NCBI RefSeq assembly: GCF_009914755.1
Contig: NC_060927.1
DNA length: 64,000 nucleotides
Source: the human T2T-CHM13v2.0 reference genome, Homo sapiens
Direction: 5' to 3' (one strand)
Under the pieces are notes generated by a model. It did not search any database and was not told the DNA's origin. It saw only the letters and a list, made by a program, of their open reading frames with translations. Position numbers and translations under genes: made by a program. Below, one piece after another: positions 1-14,340 of the stretch. Each line of letters begins with the position of its first letter. Position 1 is the stretch's first letter.

Positions 1-372
1 TTTTTCCATTGATGGAAGTATTTATGATAATTTATCCAGTTAGAAAATAATCTCTAGTTCCTTGTCAATGATAATAGCACATTTCCAAGAGTCAGTTCTT
101 GTTTTCTTAAGAAGAGTTGACTCTGATAAGCTATCACACCAACTGTACTAGACTCCAAACTCATTACTGTGAACTATTCAATGGTGATGTGTTTCAATAC
201 ACCTTTTTACTGAGGTGTGTAACACACACAAAGACACACACACACATATAAACATAAACATATACATATATATCCTGTTGATGTTTTACAAGCTCGTCAG
301 TCCGTTACTTGAGCAGTTACTTGAGCACCTAAACTCAATTCAATTATTTTTCTTTAAAAAAAATTTTTTTGA

Positions 373-509
373 GCCTGGAATGGTGGTGCATGCCTATTGT
401 CCCAAGCTACCCTGGGAGCTGAGGCAGAAGGATTGCTTGAGCTCAGGAGTTCCAAGCCAGCCTGGGCAACATAGCAAGACCTCGTCTTTAAAAAATAAGT
501 AAATAAAAA
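373..509 (+). mobile_element. FLAM_A-like free Alu monomer
   Basis: gcctggaatggtggtgcatgcctattgtcccaagctac...gagctcaggagttccaagccagcctgggcaacatagcaagacctcgtct followed by an A-rich tail; single monomer. Confidence 0.85.
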
Positions 510-1382
510 CTTTAAAAATTTTTCAGATTTATTTGTCTAAAAAGAATTATTTTTTATTTTCACATGTATAAATAAAATATTAAAATTAATTTTAAAATAT
601 ATTACAAAAATAAATTTACTTATTTGTACAGAAAAGCTTTGTTTTAGTCACATAACACTATTGATTTTGATTATGATAATTGTTCAATAAAGTCAAGTCC
701 CCTAGGCACAGTCTTCTTAATTGTATCCACTTTAGTTACATAAATAAAAAGCTAAATAGTCATTCATTTTACTGTTGCATTTGCAACCTTTGCCAAGTTA
801 CTATCACATTAAATAGTGGTTTTGTTTCTAAAAATATAGCCTATATATACATAGACCATACCAGTGTGCATTAATTGGAGTTTATTAAAGACATAGCTTT
901 TCTTTGAGCTTAAGGTTTATTCCAGCCTAAATAGTCTAATCACTAAAATAAAAAAGCAAATACTGAGCAGTTTACTGACATTCCATAGAAGATAGAATAA
1001 GACTTAAGTGTGTGAGAACAGTACAACATTTCTGATGGTTTCTTTTTTAAAATAAAAACCAGCAACTTCAAAATTCTGCTAGACAAACTGCTACTAAGAG
1101 GGCTTTTGTAGCTGAGCCTGTCACTACGCTATATAGTGACCAAAAGGGCAGATTCTGAGTCATGATAACATTCTAGGAGATGTCAACAGTCAAAATAAAA
1201 TCAAACTATATGTCATCTGGAAAGCTGAGATAAAGACCAAGAGATCTTGGAACGTTTAGAAGCAGCCCAGGTGTGACATGAGTGAGGACTCTAAGAAGAA
1301 AAACTTCACAGCTGTTTGTAACTTTCTCACAACTGCTTCACATTTCTCTAGCATGGAATGGAAAGTATAGAAATGAAGAAAA

Positions 1383-1525
1383 TCAGAACTGGAAAGGACC
1401 TTAAAACCCTTGTTTTACAGATAAGGAAACGGAGGCCCAACGAGCACCAAACACTTGCCTAAAGTCACACAACTAGAGTTAACCATAGGACTGAAATTGG
1501 AATTTGGAACTCCTATTTTCTAGTT
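1383..1525 (-). mobile_element. MIR3/MIR SINE fragment
   Basis: agaactggaaaggacctta...ttttacagataaggaaacggaggccc...ttgcctaaagtcacacaactag is the reverse complement of the MIR core and MIR3 tail. Confidence 0.75.
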
Positions 1526-1599
1526 TAATATTATTTTCTCTACTCTTTTTGGGCATTTTGACTGTATAGTATTGGAGTTGTACCAAAAGGAAAAGAGCT

Positions 1600-1742
1600 G
1601 GCTTGGATGAGAAAGGGATCTATGCCACCAGAAGTCAGTGATCAGGCCAAAACTAGACAGTGGCTCCCTGGCATGCGTGTTGGTTTTCCATGAAAGAAAC
1701 TTGGACTCATTGTCCTCTAAGAGCTTTTCCAACTCTAATTGT
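1600..1742 (+). mobile_element. L3/CR1 (or MIR3) 3' end fragment
   Basis: ttggactcattgtcctctaagagcttttccaactctaa resembles the CR1/MIR3 terminal ttggactagatgacctctaaggtcccttccaactctaa. Confidence 0.5.
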
Positions 1743-3116
1743 AATGAGTATTGATAATTTTCATCATATTTGTAATAGGGTAATGATTCGTCCTCCCTAC
1801 TTAAGGCATTATTGCTCATTCTCATTCATGCATGTCTCATCTACTCTAGTCTTTTCTCAGAACCTGTTTTCCCGTTGAGAGCACCTGTTCCAAAGTTGCT
1901 TAGTAATGCAGTGTGACTAAAAAAGCAGGCTAAGACTCCAAGTTCAGTTCACCATTTGGAATCATGAGTAATCATTGTCCCCACAACTAATTTAACCTTC
2001 TACATTAAACCAGTATCCAATAACTGCTGCTTTTCCTCTACCATATAAACACAAATCAGCTATATAGTTAGCAAAAGGGAGATTGGTGCAGTGAAATCAA
2101 TCCGTTTTCCCTCCCTGTAGCAAGGATGTGGTATGGCAAAAGCTTTGGTCAATTTATAACCTAATAAGGTATAAGTGGTTTTTAAAGTGCACTGTGGTAA
2201 AATTTTCTTTACTGTGCAACTATATAGATATTCTTGGCTTAAGAATGAAAAATATATAGATTTGCATTATAATATAAAATCTATGAGATATGAAGTCTGA
2301 TGAGAAATATATTTACCACCTGATAATATCTGTGTGAATATAAACATCTCTGTTACTCTCTTCCTAACATAAAATGATCTTTGCCCATTCTGCCTTTATT
2401 CCTTTGTCCAGCTGTCAGATTCTATTTTTTTCTGCTATAATTTAGAACATATTTTCCTAGACATCAGCATTTTTAGACTATGTACTTAAATGTCATATTT
2501 ATAATAGGGAATTTCCAGAAAACAAGTGATTCAGTCTCATATGCCCAAAGTACCCCATTCTCTAGTGGAAATCAGGATGAGCTATTCATTGTATTAGTTA
2601 TGTGGTCACAATGGAGGCCTATCTCCATAGGTTTAAAACAGTAGGTTTTAAACTTTCATCTAGCAGTCCAATAGAAATGTTTCCAAAGTTCCTGTTACCC
2701 TCGTTTCCACTCATCCTGGATTGATTTGGGAAGTGGAGTGAGGAAGGAGTTGGTGGTAGGGTTCACATTATCATCATGGTGATCTAGTAAGTGAGTGAAG
2801 GATTCCTTTTTTCAAATATAAAGGAAATTCAGAGCGCAACAAGGAAGAAGCCACGTTACAGAACTAGAAAAGTAATTGTCCAAACTGAGCATAAAAACCC
2901 AACACCCAAACAAGACCTGAGACCCGCATCCCTTGGCTCCTCCTGTGTTCTTTTTTTTTAACTAACGCATTCTCTCCCCTCAAGGAAAAGTCAAGCTAAG
3001 CCAATTTTCCTTCTAAGGCTGAGGATCTACGACAAGAAGGCAAAGACAGGGAGGGAGGACCTTGTATTTTACGTTTATTTGCCTCACTTTCTCCAAAGGG
3101 AAACACCCCACTAGGG

Positions 3117-3434
3117 CAGTGTCAACAGACTTTTTTGTAAAAGCAAAAATAGGAAATATTTTAGGCCTTGCTGGCCATATGGTCTGTGTAGTAACTACTA
3201 AACTAGGTCAAAATCAGCCAAAGACAATACATAAATTAATGAGCATGGCTGTGTTTCCATAAAACTATATTTTGGACAGTTAAATTTGAATTTTATGTAT
3301 TTTTCATGCATCATGAAAAATCCTAATTTTTAATTTTTTCAGCTGTTTAAAAATGTAAAAATTATGCTTTCAGATTATATAAAGACAGGCTACAGACCAG
3401 ATCTAGCCCATTAGCCATAGTTTGCTAAACCCTG
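3117..3434. mobile_element. MER58B-like hAT-Charlie DNA transposon
   Basis: Degenerate TIRs (cagtgtcaacagac ... gtttgctaaaccctg); internal aaatattttaggccttgctggccatatggtctg; degenerate 8-bp TSD cactaggg/ccctatgg. Confidence 0.8.
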
Positions 3435-4149
3435 CCCTATGGGAATAAATAATGAAACATGAGGAAGATTGTAGGTGTTAAAACATGGAGTAAAATATGA
3501 TACTTGAAAGACAATTATTTAAATGTGGTAGAGGAAATTATTGATATGTATGCCTCTTTCAGAGAGAGCAGATGGATGCGTTGGCCCTTGATTCTGTTTT
3601 AGGTAATCTTAGTTGGTACTAGGTCAAATTCCAGATTGGTTATTTTGATTTACTCTCTTAAGATTTATGAAATGCAGGTTATAGCTGGCTTTAGAGAAGA
3701 AAAGTGGAAATAAGAAGAGGACATGTGACTTAGAGCTTGCCATAAGGTATGCAGAGCCAACAGAACATTTTATTCGGAATGGCAGCTGGTGGTTTCTGTT
3801 ATCTGTGAATCATTGTGAAGTCTGTCTGAGGCAGAGAGGAGACAGCTAGCCGAATTCCCCTTTCGCAAAAACTGATTCATAACATTGTAAAGCTCACAGA
3901 AAATGCATTTTGTATCACAAGAACACATAAAAATCTCTATTTTTTGACATAAAGGCTATATTGATGAACTTTAAAATAAAAAGAACCTGTAAATGTAAAA
4001 CCATAAAGAAACATTTTTTAAAATAGTATGAATAATTTATGGGCAGTTGAATACAGCTTTTGTTGCTTTGTAGGTAACTCACTTATAACAATTGCATAAA
4101 TGGTAATGCAGTTGTGTGTAACAAAGGACCATTAATTATGACACTTATG

Positions 4150-4350
4150 ACAATGATAACATAATTAACTATTTTTTGAGCTGCTACTATTTGCTGCCAC
4201 CTAACATACATTATTACATTTATTCCCTGCAACAAGCCTGCAAGGTAGGTATTATTCTCCTGTTGAAAATGATGCTGAAGTTCAGTCACACAAACACCAA
4301 GTACCAGGGCCAAACTGCAATCCATATCCCCCTCACATGAAAGTTAGTGT
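4150..4350 (-). mobile_element. MIR SINE
   Basis: aacaagcctgcaaggtaggtattattctcc and an upstream L2-like tail in reverse orientation. Confidence 0.6.
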
Positions 4351-6560
4351 GGTTTCCACTCTACTGTTACCATTGATGAGACATGGTAACCAAAAAAAAA
4401 AAAGAATTCAGGAAAACTATCTTCAACTATATTGCTGGATAGCATTACTTTATAAATATTAATTTTACTCTGTGGTTACTGTATGGTAATGGAATTATTT
4501 TGGCCCCTTAAAACCTTAGAAAAAATCAAACTAATTGTGCCTTGTAACATTTGTGGTTTATGTGTCCATTGACTGCTTGCAATTTCCAGGCAGGCTGCAT
4601 CCTTGAACTATTCACTGTCTGAACTTGCCCTCAAAGAATTCTTCCTCCTGCCTCACCTCTATCGAGTGGCAGCCAATGGAAAACCCACAAGCTCAGCAGC
4701 TGCAGCTCTGGAAGGCTTCCATCAAACCCTCATTCCCAAATCCCCTTTGAAAATCACAGCTCCTAGAGCTTTGTGTTATCTTCTTGAAGGTCTTGACTAA
4801 TGTTTGTAACATTGTAAAACTTAAGCAAACACTGTCTTCAAGACCAGGATTCTTAAAGTTGGACTCTGTGTTAACTTGCCTGCACCAAATCATGTACTGC
4901 CCCTCAACTGCACTCTTAAATTCTTACCCTGGAAAGTAGCCTGAAAAGCAGATATTAGGACGGGAGCTTTTTAAATGGTCAGTAGGAAATTAAAAAGCTT
5001 AATAAGTTCAGAAAGTGCCTCTTTGACAATTCAGAATTGATTTTAAAAAAAAACCTGATATATTGAAAATATGTGGTGACTCAGCCCTGTTCTTGCTCCT
5101 CTAAATTTTATTCTTTCCATGAATTGTTTTTAGGATTTAGAGGTCAAGTATCCAGTATACCTGTCTCAGAGGAAACAATATTATTTTCCTAAGTGAACAT
5201 CTAGTACAAAAGTGACTGTTTTATGTATAACTGAGCAGTACCAAAATCCAGTTCTTAGCCAGCCTTTTTATATATGAATCATATTATTTAATCCAGATTT
5301 CTTTGAAACCACAACCAGACACACAGTATGGTTATTTGATTGAAGAAACATGGTGCTATTATTCAACCCGCCATGCGTTATTTTGCTTACATTAGTGACC
5401 CGTTAATACACTTAAGAAAAGAAGTAATTTGCATCATCATCCATTGAAATTGACAAGACTGGATGTTGGTGATTATGGACACTAAATTCCATTGTGGGGA
5501 AAGTTCCTGATCTCTGTGTAGCACAAGACTGGTTTTTCTAGACTGTCTCAAAAGTATATCCAGGAACTCAGAATGGGGGGAAAAAGCTGCAGCCAGGGGA
5601 CAAATATGTGCTAATGTACCACTTATTGTCTGGAGAAAATGTACACTCATGGCAGCAGTAAGAAGTTATTTGGTCTGTATTTATTTACAATGTGCAGGCT
5701 GCAGAATGTTAGCATTCTGATTATGGCCAGATGTAATGGAAAGAATTCACTAGCATTTTCACACTGGCTTTAGTAAGGAATGCACTTTTTGAATCAACAT
5801 TGGTTAAAAGGTAGCCACTTCGTTCCAGTAATCCAAAAGGTTCTTTGTGTTGCCTAAATAATAGAGGAAATTATTTGGGGCCTCAAATCCCATCTGAATT
5901 GGCTGCTTTTGGTCATTTAAACATGCTTCCTTATCAGTAAAACTAAGCAGACACTTTTAATCTGATAGCAAATGTCTAGTATTTAGGTAAGACAGTGAGT
6001 TTAGATTTATGATGGGGAACCCTCAGAGTTCAAAGTACACCTGCTTGAAATAATGTTGATAAAGAATATTAGTGTCAGTTTTCCTAATGGGAAGGAGGGG
6101 CATGCTTTAAACCTAGACTTTCTATGAAATATGCAGCCTTAGGAGAATATCCACTCTGATCAGTAAACGGTATATACATACGAATATATTTGTTTGTGGT
6201 GTTTTTTCTCAGTAGAATATCTCAATCACTGCAGTAGTCCACTTTCCTATTTTAATGTTTTGACTATCAGTTGTTTAAGTATCAAAAAACAACTTGGGAT
6301 GTCAAGAAAAAAGCCATTTTGCTATCTCCATGTAGTCAGCAAAATGCTAGGGGGTTCTCTCCAGATAGCTTGAAGACCTGTTTATCTTATGTTATTTTTT
6401 AGGGTTGATCTGTTATCATAAATGTATATTCGAAATTGTTATCCAAATTGTATGTGTTTCAAGTTTGTGCTTTCTAGGATTATTAGCAATTTGATGATGA
6501 AAGCCATCTACATTTTCAAGTCCCTTGAACCAAATGTATTTTAAACAATTAAATTCATAA

Positions 6561-6890
<330 letters not shown>

Positions 6891-7044
6891 TGAATTATTT
6901 ACTTGAATTTTTTAATGCCCTCTGGTTCCCGGTAATCAAACACTTTGACCTTTTTCACCCCACCAAACTGTTAAAGAAATTGAACCATAGAAGAGGCAGA
7001 AACTTTTATCATTCTGATATAGGGGTATTTCTTGATTACCTTTA

Positions 7045-7220
7045 AATTTATTTTATTGTAATAGAAAAATTCAAATGTAGAGAGAAATGGAAAAGAAAGA
7101 ATCCCCATGTGCTCATCACGAGCTATAGCAGTCATCAACTCATGGCCAACTTTGTTACATCTTTATTCCTTTCCCCCACATTGGATTCTTTGAAAGCAAA
7201 TCACATACATGTAATTTCTA
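7045..7220 (-). mobile_element. L1MC-type 3' end fragment
   Basis: atccccatgtgctcatcacgagct...atcaactcatggccaactttgttacatct...ggattctttgaaagcaaatc, typical of an old L1MC 3' UTR in reverse. Confidence 0.65.
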
Positions 7221-7489
7221 TGGATGGTCTATTATGTGATTTGAACTTTGTTGGGCTCTGAGGATAAAAAGATGAATGAGACATAGTCCTTATTCTCAGG
7301 GATCTCATCAGATTCTTCTGGGATAATAATGTTTACTAGTAGTCAGTGTAATTATAAGTCCATTGTAACATAGAACCCAAAACTAAAAACCCCTGTACCA
7401 TCTCTATACATTGCATAAACTTAATATAAAAGGAATTATGGTATAGTAGTTCCTAAATCCACTTTTAGGAAGGTCTTCTAAGGCATGAA

Positions 7490-8760
7490 AAATTTCCTAG
7501 CTCTGTCAACTAAAAAGGTCTAGAATCAATGACACCTTGTAGCAATGAACACATGCAACACATAAAGCTTCTACATCTCATTTCCCACTAAGAGGAACAA
7601 AGCCTTCTTGGAGAAGTAGCTGACTGCAGGGCTGTTGGAGGAAAAAAAAGATGAGCCTGGAACATCTTTTCATGCCACGATGTTAGGAAGTCTCAAAAAA
7701 TGATGAGGACATGTCAAAAGGACACCAGAGTTGGCTTGAAAGGACTGCCACTGGCCTAATCTGAAACAACCTGAAGAGCGAAATAATTATAAAATGGAAG
7801 GTGACCCATTGAATAAAATAAGAATTCATGAGTTTGTTCATGGTGATAATAGGTAGATACTACATGTGTAAGAAAGAAAAGTTATTCTTTACAGTAGAAT
7901 GCCTACTAATAAATGTAGAAGAAATATAGATTAGAAAACCACCATTTTGCAGCCATCATAGTTGCAAATAGTTAAGAAGTATCAATGGCTGCTGAAACAA
8001 TTTTTTAAAAGTTCAGTGAGGAACAGGATATTTACATATCTCAAAGAATTTTCCACAAATTACTTATTAATAATCATGGGAAATAGTAGTTTTGGAGTAG
8101 AGAAGCCTGGTAGTGACACTTTAACCAAGTGATCAAAGTTACCATCATCAATAGTAGAACAAATTGACATCTTGTGCTTCTTGATATTACGCAGTGAGAA
8201 AGATACGTTATTTCTGTGGTATTCCTGCCCCAAATATGCATAATTAATTTAATATTAAGGAAATATCAGACAAACCTAAACTAAAAGATACTCTTCAAAA
8301 ATGTTAGTATCCTGAAACACATAAATAAAGCTGAGCCATTTCAGATTAAAAGAAACCAAAGAGACATAAAAACTAAATGTGTGGGTTCTTTCATTTGGAT
8401 CCTGGATCGGGGGAGGAAATGCAAACAGAACAGTATTGGGACAATTGGTAAAATTTGAATAAAATGTGGGGATGAAACATAATGTTGTGCTTATATACAT
8501 TTCCTGATTTTGATCATTGTGGAGTAAGTGAATTTCTTTATTCTTAGGAAAATACATTGTAATATTTAGAGGCAAAGGGACATGATGTCTGCAACTTACT
8601 CAGATGGTTTAGAAAAACAAATGTGTGTATATGTAGAAAGAGAATAAAATGCAAAAGTGGTAAAAATTTTAATAACTGGTGAATATGGGTGAAGGGTAAA
8701 AGATTTTTTGTAGTATTCTTGCAAATTTTAAGTTTGAAGTTATTTTAAAATTTAACAAAA
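7490..8760 (+). mobile_element. L1MC4/L1MC3-like 3' UTR (~1.3 kb)
   Basis: gatgagcctggaacatctt...aaatgatgaggacatgtcaaaaggaca; taaatgtagaagaaatatagattagaaaaccaccattttgc; catgatgtctgcaacttactc; ends ttgcaaattttaagtttgaagttatttt. Confidence 0.8.
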
Positions 8761-8779
8761 GATTAAAACAAAGCAAACA

Positions 8780-8801
8780 GACACACACACACACACGCAC
8801 A
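8780..8801. repeat. (CA)n microsatellite
   Basis: gacacacacacacacacgcaca. Confidence 0.9.
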
Positions 8802-9183
8802 TTGTTATCTTCACTTTAAATAAAGCCAGCGCAACATATAGAAATCTGAAAATCATACCCTAAGATAAACTGAGGAATACAAAATTTTTGTCTCCCAACA
8901 AAGTTGCTACAGAAATCCTTTTAGCAATCTTTATGTTCAAATCATAAAATGTATAAATAACATAGAAATAGTGTCCCATATCCCCTTCTGTAAATTGAGG
9001 CACACCTACATTTGTTTTAGCTCTGTCCTGATAAGTTTCTCTATGCATCTTGCTTGCTTTGGGAAGCTCATTGCATAAAGCTGTGTATAAGTGAATGTTT
9101 AAATGTTTTTGAGGAAAATGACAGTGATGATAACTTGACCTCCAGTACAGATTAAGACCTTTAAAAAACTAAAGCTCTACTAA

Positions 9184-9600
<417 letters not shown>

Positions 9601-9864
9601 TAAAATATAACTCTTACAGAAATAATAAGAAAAGTAATGAAGTAATGAGTCTATTATTTTGAGCCCATCCAAAAAAAATTGCTTAACTGGCAACAGATAG
9701 AAAAATAAGATATTGAATTATCCAAAAGCTGATTAGCCAAATTATTTCTTTTTTCACCATTTTTTTGCTTATAGAGAATTCGAGTAGGGAGCGGAAACAG
9801 GCAATACTACTCAGTCAGTTGTAGTTTCTTATTGACTGTTCGGTTTAATTTCAAAATTAACAAA

Positions 9865-10330
9865 CATTGTAATTGCAAAAGATTGGAAATAACCTAAATG
9901 TACTTTTGTAGGGACTGGAAGTAAATAGGATTATTCATTTATCCAATACTATGCTTCCATAACAAAAACTGGAAAGCTATTTATGGGTTTTGTTTGTTTC
10001 TTTCTTTTTAAAGGACACGATCTCAGTCCATGTCCTACATAGTAGCCTCAAACTCCTGGGCTCAAGCGATCCTCCCACCTCAGCCTCCCAAGTAGCTGAG
10101 ATTACAGGTGCCAAGCCACGGTGCCCAGCTGCTCCTTATGTACTGATACAGCAGGATCTCCCAGATGTATTGTTAAGTCCAAAAGGCACAGTACAGAACA
10201 TATTGTCTATATCGTATGCTACCTTTTGCATGTAATAAAAAGAAGAAAGAATGAACGTACATGTTTGTCTGCATATGTATAAAACGTCTTTGAAAAATGC
10301 ACACACAATATTGCTTGCCTAAGGAAATAA
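9865..10330 (+). mobile_element. L1ME-type 3' fragment interrupted by a FLAM
   Basis: gtaattgcaaaagattggaaataacctaaatg...; tatgtactgatacagcaggatctcccagatgtattgttaagt...gtacagaaca. Confidence 0.65.
9987..10130 (-). mobile_element. FLAM Alu monomer
   Basis: ctcaaactcctgggctcaagcgatcctcccacctcagcctcccaagtagctg; degenerate TSD gctatttatg (9976-9985) / gctccttatg (10131-10140). Confidence 0.85.
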
Positions 10331-11031
10331 GAATTTTGTGTTGGGAGACAATAATTTTGCATTAATTCAGCAATAACAGATGTTGGAAAAACTCCTAAAT
10401 TTAATGCTTATAAAAAGAATAGGAAATTATGCTTTCACCAGTGTTGTATTGGTATTGAAATTATCATCATCTAATAATAGTTCATCAAACACAGAGACAT
10501 TCCCAGACCTTTCTCTGTAGTGGTGAAAACCATTATGCATTTTATCTAATTCAGTTAGTCTGCTTTACTTATTAACTTGACCTCAAAAAACTGAGCAACC
10601 TTTTCTAAGTGTTCTTGATCACAGTAGTACAGCCTATGAAGTACATAAGAAGTACAGCCAAGACTCACCTGCTACAGGAATATCAAAGAGCAGATGAAAT
10701 ATAATCTATGATTATATTTCACAGTATGTAGTATAAAGATTTCACAGTATAAAGATTTCAGTGGAGTTCTACAAAAATACCAACTTGGTTTAATACTTAA
10801 TGGAAAGGAAAACAGTAAAATTTATTTCAAATTAGATAGTGTAAGATTCAGTCTTATAATATGCGGGATACCAGGAGTACCTTGGAAAAGCCAGATACCA
10901 AATAAGATCTAGGAAATTTTTAGGAATCCAGAAGAATCTAGAAAAGCATCGTCCCTAGAGTTGATATTTCAGTATATCACCAAGTAATTTTTCATCCAAG
11001 ATCTCAGTGCTTCCCTTAAATTAGATATTAA

Positions 11032-11381
<350 letters not shown>

Positions 11382-11585
11382 TCATAGTTAACAACTTTCT
11401 TGATCTATCTACCTGCATTTTATAATTGGATACATGAATCAATCCAAGCTGTCTGAATATTTTTTTTTCTTCCTGCACCCACAAAAGCCAGTGAGAAGTA
11501 GGAACCTAAGACAATCTCTGGAACAGGTAACCATCTCTTACCACTTACAACATAAGATTAAACAAAGAGTTCTCTCTTGTGGCTT

Positions 11586-11606
11586 ATTTGCATATTTCAT
11601 TTGCAT
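11586..11606 (+). promoter_or_regulatory. Two tandem canonical octamer (POU) motifs
   Basis: ATTTGCAT at 11586-11593 and 11599-11606; function not demonstrated. Confidence 0.35.
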
Positions 11607-14199
11607 AATTCTCATCTAACTCCCTCTTTTAAAAAAAGTATTAATTATTCAAATAAATACTATTTATCCAGGCCATAAACAGTATATTAAAGTTCTCTCC
11701 CCGAGAATCATTTGTATAGTTCCAGATAATAGCATTCCATTTTAATATAGATGAGTACACAGATGTGACCGTGGTTTTAGAAACAGTTTAGGTAGCATCA
11801 AGAAACATCTGCACATTTTCCCAGCAGCCTGAGTAACTAGTAGTGATTTGTACAGACTTCTCTGCATCTGCTTTTTCCCCCCTTCCTTTTTTCAGCACAT
11901 CTAGATGATTAATAGACTGAACAGGCCCTTATATATGCATTCTGACAGCCTTTAGGACGGTCTTGGTTGACAATACACACATAAGCCAGTGTTGTTATCA
12001 TGAAACACTTCATTTGAATGACTATTACAGGCTGAACAGGATGTCCTATGCCAAGAGGTTGTGACATTTTGAGAGGGTGGTGCTGGGAGCCATGTGGGAC
12101 TCTTTTCCCATCACAGCCAAGTTGACATTTTCTCAGGTTGTAGGATCATTAGGGCTGCAAAGGGAGAAACTTTGTCAGTGGCTGGGTAGATGTCCCTTGA
12201 GCCTGGATTATGCATTTGAAAAAATGGTTTCTTTGCCTTAGGGAAGAGAGTCTCATTTTAAAAAGAAAAAGGTTTTTATAACGAGTTCATGTATTCCACT
12301 ATGAATTTTGCTGAAAAATCTGTCCTGAAGTATGTCTTTGCTGCCAAATCCCACGCTTTACAGTTAACCAAAGTTGACTCTGTATGACCTGTTACATTTT
12401 CCTTAGACAGTTGGATGTGATCACAGAAGGGTGACTGCCAAAGTTTTATTTCAGCTCAGATATAGCTAAATGCAAGAAATCACTTCCTGACACCTTTCTT
12501 CTGCCTGCCCCACCCTAAATCACCATTTTTCAAACAAGCTATGGAATCTACAAAATGGCCTACCTGTGTTCCAAGTTAATTTTGAGAATGGCTTTTTATG
12601 GCTGGTTTGTAATCTCTTTAGAAAAGCAAAATTATGATGGAAACTCTATGACATCCTAAGCTGTAAGCACTTGAAGATGAATGTAACTTCAGGTCTGTGA
12701 AGCTAAATATTTACCTTCCACATGATTTACTGCGTCTTTGTTCCTTTCCACACTGAGCTTTTTCTTTATGTGCATCCCTTCATCTCCAAGCTACTTTTTA
12801 GTAGCCCTGTTATATCAGTGTTTTGTGATGTTACAAAAAAGCAAAGAATGTGAGGTCAAATTTTCCATTACACACTTCAACAGGAATGCCAGGGAACTTA
12901 GCCAAACTAAGGCTACAAAAAAAATAAAAATAAAAATTACAGGAAAGATGATTCATTAATCAACAATTGCCTTACCAAGAAAATAGAATTACTTGTATGT
13001 ATTTGGTTTGGGGAAGGGGGATAAGTGCAGATATCCTGGCTATGAGTGAAATGGAGGTATTTTATGTCTATGTAGCATGGTTTTAGACCTACCAGAGATC
13101 TTTTAAACAGTAAAATTCAGGAGAAAGGATAACTCATGTTGTGCCTTGATTTATCTCACCTTTTTCTTCTTTCAACATGAAAGTATATCACATGCTGACC
13201 CCAACTACAATTTGATTTAAAAAAATAATGACAGCTGAAAACTAGGATAGAAAGGCACAGGCTGCACCTCAGGAACAGTGAGAACAGGGACCATTGCCAT
13301 TCCTTCCTCTTTCTTCAGCTATATGATCTGAGTCCCTTTTTATTTCATATATGCCCCCTTCTGCTCCCCTTTCTCTTTATTTTGCCATAAGCTCTGGATC
13401 GTAATCCATCCCTAAAACATTGTCATATTAATAGAAATTCTGGAATTTGACCTTTAAATGTAGTCATTATTACATATTAAAGGATCTACAAAGGGCAAAA
13501 ATTGTGGCAGTAGATGAAAACAATAGCCACTGAAATTTTTTAAAGCCCACAAGCTTGTAAGATTCCTCTTAAACAAACAGAATGATCCAGTCACAGAGCT
13601 TAGTGCTGTAAATGTCAATATAAACTTGATTTTTTTTTGTATTCTAATAAGAAGACCAGCCAGTAACAAAAAAACATTGGCTCTGTGACCAGCCAATACC
13701 AGATACAGTGAAATCTGTTATCTGATGTTTCGTCAGCTAGCCTGTGAGCACCATCATGTAATAAAATTCTCTAAACTGTGATTCACGGTGCTACAAGATC
13801 TTTGTGCACCTTTTGACTAATCAGAGACAAATCATATCAGGCTCTTGTATTATTTTATTACCAAGTGTATTTTATTTTAATTCTTTGGAAATTGGTAATC
13901 CATGTATGGTTCAGACATTGTTAACCAGAGTACATAATTAGAACAATTCCAACCATGCCAGATGATACTGTATTTACTGAAGAATTTTATTGCCTTTTAT
14001 GGAGAACATGAGGGAGGAATAGAGAACAGGTTTTTTTTCTTTTCTTTTGCCACATAGCTGATAACCCAGTTGCTATAACCATTTCTTCCACACAAAGGGA
14101 CAACAACATGAGAAATACACGTTTTAAAGTTCCTAACAATCGAGTACTTCTTACGGGAAGCTGGGACAGTTCAAGAAAAAAATGGATTGAAGGAGAGGA

Positions 14200-14340
14200 A
14201 TAGAGCCAAAGTTCCCAGACCTTGACAACTAGGGCAAATGTAACAAGTCCACATTCATCATGGAAAAATGTAAAGTCCTACATGTTTGTGGAAGAAAATG
14301 ACTGCATTCGCAGAACAAGAGGGATAAAGGGCTAACATAG
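14200..14340 (+). mobile_element. L3/CR1 ORF2 fragment
   Basis: gaccttgacaactagggcaaatg...ttcatcatggaaaaatgtaaagtcctacatg resembles the CR1 DL..W...F...KCKVLH region. Confidence 0.6.
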
